A DNA stretch of 64,000 bases, taken from positions 6,304,001-6,368,000 of the forward strand of contig OZ240241.1 of assembly GCA_965198115.1 (NCBI GenBank). Direction: 5' to 3'. The notes under the pieces were generated by a model that was given only the letters and a program-made list of their open reading frames with translations, had not been told where the DNA came from and searched no databases. This DNA comes from Candidatus Latescibacterota bacterium (GTDB lineage: Bacteria; Latescibacterota; UBA2968). Below, piece after piece: positions 1 to 10,395 of the stretch; positions within the stretch are counted from its first letter, which is position 1; each line of letters starts with the position of its first letter. The translations under genes and the position numbers were made by a program.

Positions 1-2028
1 CCCGCACCGAACGAAGATGCCCTGTACGACGGTGTTCGCAAGATTCCGTGGGAGGATCATCTCGACGTCGACGCCACACTGGTCGTCGATGCGCATACGG
101 TTCGATCGACCATCACACACTCCCATTTCGCGGCGTTGAAAGTGAAGGATGCTGTCGTCGATCGCCTACGCGATCGTTTCGGCCACCGGCCCTCCGTCGA
201 TCTGCAGGATCCCGATCTTCGAATCAATCTCTACCTCTATCAAAACGAAGCCACTGTCGCCATCGACCTGAGTGGCCACGGTCTCCACCGTCGCGGGTAT
301 CGTCAGGCGGGCCACGAGGCTCCGATTCGGGAGAATCTGGCGGCCGCGATCCTGATGCAGGCGGGATGGCCGGATATCGAGGGGCCGCTGCTCGACCCGA
401 TGTGCGGATCGGGGACCTTTCTGGTCGAGGGTGGGCTGATGGCGGCTGATGTGGCTCCGGGACTTTTGAGACAGCGATTCGGGTTCGAAGGATGGCTGAA
501 GCACGATGTTGGAGCTTGGAAACGTCTTCGAATCGAAGCGGAAGGGAAACGACGAACGATCGGACGTCCCATTGTCGGGTATGACGTGGATCCCGAGGCG
601 GTGGCTCTGGCGAAACGACACGCGTCCCGGGCCGGGTTGGGCGAGTTCATTCTAGTGGAGCAGCACGATTTGTCCTCGATGACCGATCTGGATTCGCAAG
701 TTCCCGGATTACTCGCGACGAATCCACCCTACGGAAAGCGGATGGGCGAGTTGGACGAGGTTCGTGGATTGTATGCCACGCTGGGGGAAAAGCTGAAGGA
801 GGGTTTTGCCGGATGGATGGTCGCGCTCTTTACGGGGAACTCGGAGCTCGGTTCGGCCGTGCGTTTGCGTCCGAGAAGATCTTACGTGTTCGACAATGGG
901 GGGATCGAGAGTAAGCTTCTGTTGTACAAGATGGATGCGAGACGCGGCCGAAGCTCTGCGGACAATTCTGGTGATGGTTTGGAATCCAAGCAGAGCGGAG
1001 CAGGCGAGAAGGCGAGCCCTTCGATACGCGACCTGCGGTCGCCACTCAGGACAGGCAGGCGTGGTGAGGTGGACTTCATCGCGAGGTCTTCTGCAGATGG
1101 TGTTGAGATGTTTGCGAATCGGTTGAGGAAGAACCTGCGGCATTTTGGGAAATGGGCTCGGCGACAGGGGATCGACTGTTTTCGGGTGTATGATGCGGAC
1201 CTTCCTGATTTTCCGTTCGCCGTCGATATCTACTCGGGATCCGACTGCCGTTGTGCACTCGTACAGGTTTACGAGGGGGAGCGGCTGGATGAGGGAAAGC
1301 TCGGCGCAGGGATCGAAGCGGTCGGAACCGAATTGGAGATTCCAGCGAACGACGTGATCATGAAGAGGCGGCGGAGACAACGGGGGGATGCCCAGTACGA
1401 TCGCGTGGCGAATGAGGTCCGCGAAGTGGTCGTGGAGGAAGGACCGGCTCGTTTCTGCGTGAACCTGACGGATTACGTCGATACAGGTCTGTTCCTGGAC
1501 AACCGGATGGTGCGGGATCTCATCAGGAACAGGGCAGACGGTGTTCGATTCCTGAATCTGTTCGGCTACACGGGGACCGCGTCGGTTCACGCGGCTCTGG
1601 GTGGCGCCGTTTCGACGACGACGGTCGATCTGTCGAACACCTATCTGGATTGGGCGCGACGAAACCTGTCGCTGAACGGGTTCGACGATGACGCGCACGG
1701 ATTCGTCCGCGCAGACTGTCTCACGTGGCCACAATCGGCGATGGAACGATACGATCTGATCTATCTGGATCCGCCGACATTCTCGAACTCGAAGGCGATG
1801 GATGTGTCGTTCGACGTTCAGCGTGACCACGTGGATCTGATCGAACAAAGCCTGCGACTGTTGTCCGATCGCGGAACGCTTCTCTTTTCCTGCAATCGGA
1901 ACCGTTTCGAGTTGAAGATGGAGGCACGAGAAGGGCTACGGATACAGAATCTGTCGGGGGCGACGCTACCGAAGGATTTCGAACGGCGGCGGGCGTATCA
2001 TCACTGTTATGTGCTCAAGAAGGCGTAG
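1..2028 (+). CDS. rlmKL: Bifunctional 23S rRNA m2G2445/m7G2069 methyltransferase RlmKL (5' end outside window)
   Basis: Frame is open from base 1 (PAPNEDALYDGVRKIPWEDHL...). Motifs: LHRRGYR, APIRENLAAA, DPMCGSGT, NPPYG, FANRLRKN, DTGLFLD, NLFGYTG, DPPTFSNSK. Confidence 0.95.
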   Translation, partial: PAPNEDALYDGVRKIPWEDHLDVDATLVVDAHTVRSTITHSHFAALKVKDAVVDRLRDRFGHRPSVDLQDPDLRINLYLYQNEATVAIDLSGHGLHRRGYRQAGHEAPIRENLAAAILMQAGWPDIEGPLLDPMCGSGTFLVEGGLMAADVAPGLLRQRFGFEGWLKHDVGAWKRLRIEAEGKRRTIGRPIVGYDVDPEAVALAKRHASRAGLGEFILVEQHDLSSMTDLDSQVPGLLATNPPYGKRMGELDEVRGLYATLGEKLKEGFAGWMVALFTGNSELGSAVRLRPRRSYVFDNGGIESKLLLYKMDARRGRSSADNSGDGLESKQSGAGEKASPSIRDLRSPLRTGRRGEVDFIARSSADGVEMFANRLRKNLRHFGKWARRQGIDCFRVYDADLPDFPFAVDIYSGSDCRCALVQVYEGERLDEGKLGAGIEAVGTELEIPANDVIMKRRRRQRGDAQYDRVANEVREVVVEEGPARFCVNLTDYVDTGLFLDNRMVRDLIRNRADGVRFLNLFGYTGTASVHAALGGAVSTTTVDLSNTYLDWARRNLSLNGFDDDAHGFVRADCLTWPQSAMERYDLIYLDPPTFSNSKAMDVSFDVQRDHVDLIEQSLRLLSDRGTLLFSCNRNRFELKMEAREGLRIQNLSGATLPKDFERRRAYHHCYVLKKA

Positions 2029-2077
2029 GGGTAATACATCCCTACGACCCAATACCTCCGTGTGATGCGATAACCAA

Positions 2078-3538
2078 ATGAATAAACCGAATATTCTGAT
2101 TATCCAGGCCGATCAACACAGGTGGGATTGTCTGGGGGCGACAGGCAATCCCGACGTGCGTACACCCAACATCGATGCAATCGCGAATGATGGGGCAACG
2201 TTCGATCAGTCGTTTTGCCCGTATCCGGTTTGCACGCCTTCGCGGTATTCCTTTCTGACGGGTCTCTGGGTCCATCAGCACCTGGGATGGACGAACCACT
2301 GCACGATTCCGAACGGGATGGTGACCTTCCCGCGTATTCTGCGAGATCACGGTTACCGGACGAAGGCGGTCGGGAAAATGCATCTCACGCCCACGTATCT
2401 GGATGTGGGATTCGAGGAAATGCAGCTGGCGGAACAGAATGGTCCCGGCCGGTACGAAGACGACTACCATCGGTACCTGCGCGACGAAGGGTTGTGCGAT
2501 GCGGTCGATCTGGTCGATCAGGAGCGAGAGTATCGCCCCAGAGCGACCCCGGCGATACTGGGACACATTCGGGGCGCTCGTGTCGGATCTGGATGAGGCC
2601 CACCACTCGACGACGTGGATCGGGCTATCGAAACACTGGATTCGTGGGAAGGCGAAGGCAACCTGCTGATGGCGAGCTTTATCAAGCCGCACCATCCGTT
2701 CGATCCGCCCGCGCCGTGGCACGAGATGTACGATCCGTCGTCCCTGACGCTTTTACCCGGCTGGACGGATCCCGAGGACATTCTGTTCAGCAAAGGATAT
2801 TTTCCGCACGCGGATCTGAATGAACGGAAGCTGCGACGGGTGATGGCTTACTACTATGGATCGATTTCTCACATCGACCATCACCTGGGCCGGATGATCG
2901 ATTCGTTGCGTGCGAGCGGGCTATACGACGATACGTTGATCGTCTACAACAGCGATCACGGTGAGTATCTGGGGTTCCACCATATGAAAGGGAAAGGGAA
3001 CCGGATGTACGATCCGCTCGTCCGCGTTTCCGCTGATCGTCAAGTGGCCGGATCAGACGCGCGAAGCTCTACGACGGGACGATCTGGTCAACACGATCGA
3101 TCTGGCGCCTACTTTTTTGAACGCTGCAGGATGTGAGGTTCCCGATACGATGGGCGGGTTCGATCTGCGTGAGGAGACGTCGCGAGAGACGATGTTCGTG
3201 GAGTCGGGACGCGGGTCCGAATATATGGCTCGGTCCAGGACCCATAAGCTGCTCTTGTGTGAGGAGTCCGCATTCGATCGGCTTTACGACCTGGAGAACG
3301 ACCCACTGGAGATGACGAACGTGCTTCGCCGGAGCGAGCACGCGGAGGCACGGGATGGTTGCGTGATGAGCTGATGCGGTGGGCGTTGTTCGATGCACGG
3401 ACCGTGGTCCATTTGGATGAGCACGCGCAGGTGGTGGCTGGACGGCCCGAACCGGATCCAAAGGGAAAGGAATGGCAGTCGATGTATGGTTACTTCGCGG
3501 GGATGATGGAACGCGTTTTCGAGGCCGGACGTGTTTGA
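2078..3538 (+). CDS. Sulfatase (choline/arylsulfatase-like), split by several frameshifts
   Basis: KPNILIIQADQHR, the CTPSR formylglycine motif, GKMH, PHHPFDPP, SDHGE and LYDLENDPLE are spread over ORFs 2078-2596, 2615-3136 and 3117-3374. The last frame ends at TGA 3536-3538. Confidence 0.9.
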
Positions 3539-4543
3539 CATCGTCTGGTGCGACGCGCAGGAGTTGACGGTGGCGGGTCAGGGTTTCGTGGACACGGCAT
3601 TGCCCTACGATCGGCTTCCGGCTCGGGCGGAGGGTGTGGTTCGACCGGAGGTCTGGAATCTCAGTCGGCATTCGGCAGGTATCCGCATCGGGTTCCGGAC
3701 GGATGCGACGTCGATTCATGCGCGCTGGACACTGACGGAGGCACAACTCGCCAAACACCATATGGCGGCCACGGCGGTGAGTGGACTCGACCTTTACGTC
3801 GACCTCGGCGATGGATACAGGTGGGCGGGGATCGGTCGGCCGGAAAATTTCCCCGACAACGAAGCGGTCCTGCTGGATGGTGCGGTAGAGGGGAAAAAGC
3901 GCTGTTTGATTTATCTACCGCTCTACAATGGTGTCTCGTCCGTGTCGGTGGGGGTGCCCAAAGGGTGTGCGCTCGAGTCTATTCCGGATCTGGCGGAGTC
4001 ACTGCCCATTCTGTTCTATGGCACGTCGATTACGCACGGCGCGAGCGCTACGAGACCAGGCAGTGCGCACGTGCAGAAGATCGGTCGGGGCCTGGGGCTT
4101 CCGACGATCAACCTGGGCTTTTGGGGTAATGGAAAGATGGAGCCAGAGGTCGCCGAGCTCGTGGCCGAGGTCGACGCACGTCTCTATCTGATCGATTGCC
4201 TGCCGAATATGGATGCCGATCTGGTCACGGAGTGTGGCGAAGCGTTCGTCCAGATTGTGCGAAAAACGCGACCGACCGCCCCGGTCCTGATGGTCGAGGA
4301 TCGCACGTATGGGGACGCCTTCGTCAATCCAGGTCGGGCGCATCGAAATGAGACATCCCGCGCAGCCTACAAACCTATCTATGAAAACTGAGTTCGTCGG
4401 ATCCGAACCTCTACTATCTGGAGGGGGCGGGACAGCTGGACACGGATGATACGGTCGACGGGTCCCATCCAACGGATCTGGGATTCGCCCGGATGGCGAA
4501 CGTTTTTTCGACGAAAATCCGTGAGATACTCGACGCACGGTAA
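3531..4543 (+). CDS. SGNH/GDSL hydrolase with N-terminal GxDLY domain (frameshift near 4385)
   Basis: SGLDLY, YLPLYNG, FYGTSITHG, NLGFxGNGK, DCLPN. The DGSHPTDLG catalytic motif continues in another frame to TAA 4541-4543. Confidence 0.85.
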
Positions 4544-4556
4544 GTGAGGGAGATCT

Positions 4557-5660
4557 ATGGCTTTTGAGATACACGAAATCGATGGTGAGATCAAAGGCGC
4601 CTACGGTTTGACGGTTGCCGATATGAACGGGAATGGGCGTCCCGATGTCGTCGCAGGCTCGTTGGGTGACAAGATGATCGCGTGGTACGAAGGCCCCAAT
4701 TACAAGAAGCACGTAGTGTCGACGGATCACGTTGGGACGATCTGTGTCGCGACGCACGACGTGACGGGTTCGGGCAGACGGGACATCATTGCGGGCAGCG
4801 GGTTCAGCCGGCGGGATCGCTCGATCACCGAATACGTTCATTGGCTCGAAGCGCCGGAAGGTGATGGGGAATGGAAGAGTCATTTGATCGATGAGCTCCC
4901 CTATGCCCATCGGCTCGGGATGGTGGACGTGAACCAGAATGGCGAGCCGGTTCTGATCGTGGCGGCGATCAGAGGCGTGGACGGCAATATAGAGGACTGG
5001 CGCGATCCGGGCCCGATCTGGCTGTTCGAGATTCCGGAAGATCCTTACGGGAAATGGACACGTCACCGAATCGGCGAAGCGTGCCTGAGCCACGGCTTCT
5101 CGGTGGGTGACGTCGACGATGACGGTCGAATGGATGTGTTGATCGGTTCGCGAGATGGCCTGCTGTGGTATGAGCCACCGGCAGAGGATCTGGGCGATCC
5201 CTGGACCCGCCACGTCATCAGCGAACTGGAAGCCAGCGAAACGTGGACGGCGGACCTGGATGGGGATGGGTTGAACGAGATCTTTTCGATCGAGCCGTGG
5301 CACGGGAACGAGCTGGCGTGGTATAAATGTGTGGGCGGGGATTTACGGACCGGCCCGTGGGAACGGCATCTGATCGACGATTCGTTGAATCGGGGTCACT
5401 CGGTACAGTGTATCGACATCGACGGCGATGGCAGAATGGAGATTGTTTCCGGCTACAATGGCGAAGGACACACGCTCAGTCTCTATCGAGCCAAGGACGA
5501 TACGTTCGAGACGTGGGATCGGGAAGCGATCGACCCGGGCGGCCTCGGGATCGGGCAGATGGTGATCCTGGATATGAATGGGAGCGGTGCGCTGGACATC
5601 GTGGCGACGGGGATGTCGACGAGTAATGTGAGGTGGTACGAGGGGGGTGGTGCTCGTTAG
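4557..5660 (+). CDS. FG-GAP/VCBS-repeat beta-propeller protein, similar to the aldos-2-ulose dehydratase propeller
   Basis: Repeated DxNGxGxxD motifs, AHRL, IEPWHGNE; no signal peptide; GGAG RBS. Confidence 0.75.
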   Translation: MAFEIHEIDGEIKGAYGLTVADMNGNGRPDVVAGSLGDKMIAWYEGPNYKKHVVSTDHVGTICVATHDVTGSGRRDIIAGSGFSRRDRSITEYVHWLEAPEGDGEWKSHLIDELPYAHRLGMVDVNQNGEPVLIVAAIRGVDGNIEDWRDPGPIWLFEIPEDPYGKWTRHRIGEACLSHGFSVGDVDDDGRMDVLIGSRDGLLWYEPPAEDLGDPWTRHVISELEASETWTADLDGDGLNEIFSIEPWHGNELAWYKCVGGDLRTGPWERHLIDDSLNRGHSVQCIDIDGDGRMEIVSGYNGEGHTLSLYRAKDDTFETWDREAIDPGGLGIGQMVILDMNGSGALDIVATGMSTSNVRWYEGGGAR

Positions 5661-5811
5661 GTGGCGGGGTGCTAGGGAGGAAGAGCGGGGTTCTCAGGAA
5701 CTGAGAACTGTTGGCCGTGGACCGTTTGCCGGGGAAACCCTGGTCCGTTGCTGCTGATCAGGGAGGAGATCGATGAAGGTCTTGACATCGGCGGAGGCGG
5801 TCAACGGCCCT

Positions 5812-6714
5812 CTAGTTATAAACCACGTTGTTTCGGCCGGCGCGCTTGGCTTCGTAGAGACGGTCGTCGGCCCGCTTGATCATTCGTTCGGGGTCGGCGG
5901 CGTCGACGTCTTCGGGATGGGAAGAGATTCCGGCGCTGATCGTGATCTTGACCGAGCCTCCATCGACACGGAATTCGTGGCTTTCCACGTTTTCGCGCAG
6001 ACGCTCGCCGAAGATGGCGGCGCCCTCGCGTGACGTGTGGAGGAGCATAATGAGGAATTCTTCGCCGCCGTAGCGAATGACAGCATCTTCCTGGCGACAG
6101 AGCACCCTTACGAGATGGGTAACCTCTTTGAGGACGAGGTCGCCGGCGTCGTGGCCGTCGTTGACGTCCTTGAAGTGGTCGATGTCAAACATCAGGCAAG
6201 ATACAGGAATATCGTGGCGGGAGGATTCGGCCAGCCGAGCCTTGAGGAAGGGATCGAGGGCCCGCCGATTGTAGGCGCCTGTCAACGGATCAGTCAGCGA
6301 CAGTTCCGACAGGCGCTTGTATTCTTCGAAGATCTGATCGAGTTTCAGTTTCTGTCGGACAAGGGCCCTGACGCGGGCGGCCAGTTCCTTGGGGTGGAAT
6401 GGCTTGACCAGGAATTCGACGGCGCCGAGGTCGAGACCCCTGACCCGGGTGTCGACTTCGTCGGTGGCTGAGATAAAAACGACGGGGACCGCATCGTAAC
6501 GGGGTTCGACCCGGATCGATCGAAGGACGTCGAAGCCGTGTTCGTCGGGGAGCGCGATGTCGAGAAGGATCAGATCGGGAATACGGCGAGACAGGAGCTC
6601 GAAGGCGTCCTGGCCGTTCGTCGCCGTTTCGATATCGAGGTTTTCCCCCCGAAGGGCGGTCTTGAGCAGGGTTAGCTGAGCGGTGTCGTCGTCGACGATG
6701 AGCAGGCTAGGCAT
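5812..6714 (-). CDS. PleD-like response regulator / diguanylate cyclase (REC-GGDEF)
   Basis: MPSLLIVDDD...LLDIALP REC domain; DPLTGAYNRR, DIDHFK, RQED I-site, RYGGEEF, AKRAGRN. Confidence 0.92.
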   Translation of the reverse strand: MPSLLIVDDDTAQLTLLKTALRGENLDIETATNGQDAFELLSRRIPDLILLDIALPDEHGFDVLRSIRVEPRYDAVPVVFISATDEVDTRVRGLDLGAVEFLVKPFHPKELAARVRALVRQKLKLDQIFEEYKRLSELSLTDPLTGAYNRRALDPFLKARLAESSRHDIPVSCLMFDIDHFKDVNDGHDAGDLVLKEVTHLVRVLCRQEDAVIRYGGEEFLIMLLHTSREGAAIFGERLRENVESHEFRVDGGSVKITISAGISSHPEDVDAADPERMIKRADDRLYEAKRAGRNNVVYN

Positions 6715-6838
6715 TCGGGTCCCAGTCCGATGGCAGTCAGTTGGAACGTGAAAGCCGAAAGGTACTCGAATGGACGGTCGCAGGAAAGCGAATAATGAGA
6801 GGAACGGCCTGTGAAATCTGATACTTAGAGCGGTCCTG

Positions 6839-7420
6839 CTACTCACCCTCGCGACGCGGCGTGACTAGCGCTTCGCCATCTTCTTCGATCAGCGGGCGGT
6901 TATAAACATAGGGGGGCTCCAGGACAGCCTTCTGGGCCTCCGTCAGTTCGGACACCCATCCGGACAAGCTTGTTTCGTAGACCCTCCGATGTAGTGCAGA
7001 TATTTGGGTGTGTAGCGATAGAAAAGCGAGCGTCGCTCGTGGTTCGCAGTCCACGGGAGCGTGCCGTGCGTGGTGGCTTCGTTGAAAATGACGAGGTCGC
7101 CAGCCTTCATCGGGACGTGATACACGATTTGACGATCCGCTGTCCACTCGGCGATGTCGCGCGGGATGGGATAGTTCGTCTTATGGCTGCCGGGGATGAC
7201 GCAGAGTCCGCCGTCGCCCGGGTTGACGTCGGCGAGCTGATACTGGCAGTTGATCAGGCCACACCGCATACGGCCATTCTGATACGCGTAGAAGCGGGAG
7301 CCGTTGAAGTTGACGGCGCCGTGACCGTGCAGGGAGAGGCCTTCCGTCCCCTTCTTCGAGGTATAGATGAAGAGGTCGTGATCGAGCTTCCAGCCACGGC
7401 CGAGGAGGGTGTTGAGATAA
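6839..7420 (-). pseudogene. PhyH-family (Fe/2-oxoglutarate) dioxygenase, 5'-truncated at the IS and frameshifted
   Basis: YLNTLLGRGWKLDH...LHGHG...DGGLCVIPGSHK...AGDLVIFNEATTHGT...ELTEAQKAVLEPPY across three frames. The N-terminus is absent. Confidence 0.8.
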
Positions 7421-8712
7421 GGGTTCGGAATAAATAAACGGTCGATCTCAATGTTGAGCCATTGGCCGGATCGTGTAGTTCCAGTCGCCGTGGAAATCGT
7501 GCGGAGTGAGATCGATTTGGGTCATCTGTTCATCGGTCACCTTGACCCCGTTAGGGTAGGGTCGCTTGTCGATCTCGGAGCGTACTCGGAGACCGGCTTG
7601 AGTGGTCGTTCCGGCAATGAGATTCACGGTTGCAGCCAGGCTGACCAGGGGCTTGCCTTGCCAGTTCATAGCGATGAAGGAGAACAGGCGATGTTCGATC
7701 TTGTTCCACTTACTAGTGCCAGGAGGGTAGTGGCATACGGTGATCGTCAGGCCAGTGCGATTCGCAAAGCGCTGCAGCTCCCACTTCCACAGCCGCGTCT
7801 TGGCGCCGTTGCTGCCGCTGCGTCCGCCGTGATTAGCAGACGCGTCGAAGTGCCGTAGGCGGGCCGTCCCATGTTCTTCCACCAACTTCGGATCGCATTC
7901 ACGGCGAAGCTGGCCGTGTCGTGATCGATACCGACACTTACCCAGCCTTCATCACGGCTCAGATCATACACTCCATAAGGGATCGCCTTGCCCTGAGCAG
8001 GCACTATGAAATCGTGTACCTTCACACGCTCCGGGTCTCCCTTGGGTCGCCATTCTCGGCCAGGATTCTTGAAGTCGCCGATCAACTCTTTCTTCTTGGT
8101 GTCCACCGAGATAACGGGAAGGCCCTGCTGCTGCTGCTGGCTAATCCGATCATCGAGGTAAACGAACTGAGCGTCCCGATCCGGGTGTGCAGATCCCTCC
8201 CTTGTCTTCCGATTCGCCTGCAGCGTGTAATCGTGTTCGTGCAGGAGATTGGCAACGATCCTGGGGCTCACCGAATGCCCCATCGCTTGCAACTCGGCGG
8301 CCAGTTTGCGAGTGCTCTTCGATGTCCATCTCAGAGGATTGTCGTCAGGCGACCCCGCAGTCGTTGGCTCGACCAGATCATTCAGGTCCTGCCACAGCGT
8401 CGGGTCCGTGTCGGCCTTCCGCTTACGACCGCCGCCTGGACGCCGGATGCGAGCCGGGTCCAAAGGTTCGTCCGACCTCAACTCCTGAATGCCACGAAAG
8501 ATCCGCTCTCTGGACATTCCTGTCGCCAGAGCCACAATCGCGATCCCACCGTGACCCAACGCTTCGGCTTCCGTGGCGGCCCACAGACGACGCGTGCGTT
8601 CCGTCAGCACCGGAGCCAAGGCTTCATACTTCGTTCGGAGAGTTTCGACGTCCACACTCCGAGCGTAAGATCATTACCTTGAAAAGTGCAGCACTTATTT
8701 CGTGGCAAACCC
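7421..8712 (-). mobile_element. ISAzo13-family insertion sequence (1292 bp)
   Basis: Imperfect terminal IRs GGGTTCGGAATAAATAA / GGGTTTGCCACGAAATAA, flanked by TAA at 7418-7420 and 8713-8715, enclosing a transposase. Confidence 0.88.
7448..8655 (-). CDS. ISAzo13-family DDE transposase (frameshift near 7815)
   Basis: RIRRPGGGRK, LRWTSKS, HPDRDAQF, ISVDTKKKE, HDTASFAV, ITAD/GSNG, PPGTSKWNKIEHRLF, FHGDWNYTI. Confidence 0.93.
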
Positions 8713-8846
8713 TAAACATCCCTGAGCAGATTCCGAAGAGGTTCCGCACACTCTAACCGCGCCCCCATGCCAGGAACCACGGCACCTTCACCCACTTCAT
8801 CTCGTTGAGAGATCCGGATATAGCCCTTTTTCTTTGAGGTGGATTC

Positions 8847-9881
8847 TTGCCTGGTCGATTTCTTGCAGGCGTCGGCGCGGTTATTCAGCGGGAGGATGGT
8901 CGGTTCCTGCTTCTCCAGAGGTCGACGGAGAAGGATTTTGCCGCCGGTGTTTGGGAATGCGTGACAGGCCGGCTCGAGCAGGGCGAGGGATATGAAGATG
9001 CGCTCGTGCGAGAAGTGTTCGAGGAAACGGGTCTGACCGTCCGAATCGATCGAATCCTGGACACGACGCACTTCTACCGGGGAGAACCGACTCGAGAGAA
9101 CGAACTGGTCGGGGTACTCTTTTTGTGCACGACACGTAATCCGAAGGCATTCGGACCGTCCGAGGAACACGTCGAGCATCGCTGGGTCACGACGGACGAG
9201 GCGATGGCCCTTTTGGGTGGAGAAGATCCGAGCACGCGATGGATGCGCGGTGTCGTCGGGCAGTTGCAGAAACTCAACCCCCCCAAGACGAAGGAACCCG
9301 TTGGAAAGCACTCTGAGCTTCCGACGCTGAAGACGGAGCGATTGATTCTACGCCCGTTTGTGGTCGACGATGCGGATCGTGTCGAGGAATTGGTGAGTGA
9401 CAAGGAGATCGCTGCCACAACGCTGAATATTCCGCACCCTTACCCCAAGGGCGGGGGTGAGAAATGGATCGCCACGCACCCCCGTGCATTCGCGAAGGAT
9501 AGGGGTGTGACGTTCGCTGTGACGTGCGAAGGCGAGCTGGTTGGCGCGATTTCGCTCCAGGGGATGAGCCGCAACCATCGCCACGCCGAGCTCGGATACT
9601 GGATCGGAAAGCCATACTGGGGAAAGGGATACGCGACAGAAGCTGCGAGAGCAGTCATCTCATTCGCGTTCGACGAACTGAACCTCATACGCGTTCATGC
9701 TCACCACATGGCCCACAACGCAGCGTCCGGCAGGGTGATGGAAAAGTGTGGGATGCTGCGTGAGGGGATGATGCGTCAGCATGTTCGAAAATGGGACGAG
9801 ATGCACGATGTCGTGTTGTATGGGATCGTGAGGAACAGCGCCACTGAGAGTGCTGAGGACACAGAGGGGAACCACAAATGA
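8847..9881 (+). CDS. NUDIX hydrolase fused to a RimJ/RimL-type GNAT acetyltransferase
   Basis: Nudix box GRLEQGEGYEDALVREVFEETGL, then LKTERLILRPF, AELGYWIGKPYWGKGYATEAA, NAASGRVMEKCGM. Confidence 0.88.
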   Translation: MPGRFLAGVGAVIQREDGRFLLLQRSTEKDFAAGVWECVTGRLEQGEGYEDALVREVFEETGLTVRIDRILDTTHFYRGEPTRENELVGVLFLCTTRNPKAFGPSEEHVEHRWVTTDEAMALLGGEDPSTRWMRGVVGQLQKLNPPKTKEPVGKHSELPTLKTERLILRPFVVDDADRVEELVSDKEIAATTLNIPHPYPKGGGEKWIATHPRAFAKDRGVTFAVTCEGELVGAISLQGMSRNHRHAELGYWIGKPYWGKGYATEAARAVISFAFDELNLIRVHAHHMAHNAASGRVMEKCGMLREGMMRQHVRKWDEMHDVVLYGIVRNSATESAEDTEGNHK

Positions 9882-9938
9882 ACACGAAATGGACACAAAT
9901 GCGAGATGGTCTAAACGTATTCCCTGTTCTGGCTAAAA

Positions 9939-10373
9939 TTGAGGTCTGACGTGGCGGTTCGGAAAGCCTTGCCGTCGGATGCGGCGAGATTGGCAGAGTC
10001 GAATCTTGCGTTCAATGAGGTCGATACTGCCGAGGTGTCCATCGAACGAAAACTGAAAGACGGATCATCTCCAGAGATCGTCTTGGTCGCGGAGTCCGCA
10101 GGAGAAGTCGTGGGTTTCGCGACGGCCCAAACGCAATCGTCGATCTGCTACGATGAGACGTGGGCGGAACTGGTCGAGCTTTTTGTTGACGAAGGATCCC
10201 GCAGAAAGGGCTGCGGACGCGCGCTGGTAGAAGGTATTGAACGAGCCATCCGCGATCAGGGCGGGTCATCCCTTTTTCTACGTACGAACCGAACGAACAA
10301 TGACGCACAAGCACTCTACCATTCTATGGGTTTCGAAAAGCAGACCAACGTGGTGTTTGAAAAGCGACTTTGA
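9939..10373 (+). CDS. GNAT N-acetyltransferase
   Basis: ELFVDEGSRRKGCGRAL acetyl-CoA motif; NNDAQALYHSMGF. Confidence 0.85.
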   Translation: MRSDVAVRKALPSDAARLAESNLAFNEVDTAEVSIERKLKDGSSPEIVLVAESAGEVVGFATAQTQSSICYDETWAELVELFVDEGSRRKGCGRALVEGIERAIRDQGGSSLFLRTNRTNNDAQALYHSMGFEKQTNVVFEKRL

Positions 10374-10395
10374 TCGTAGGCCAGGAGGGTAGATC

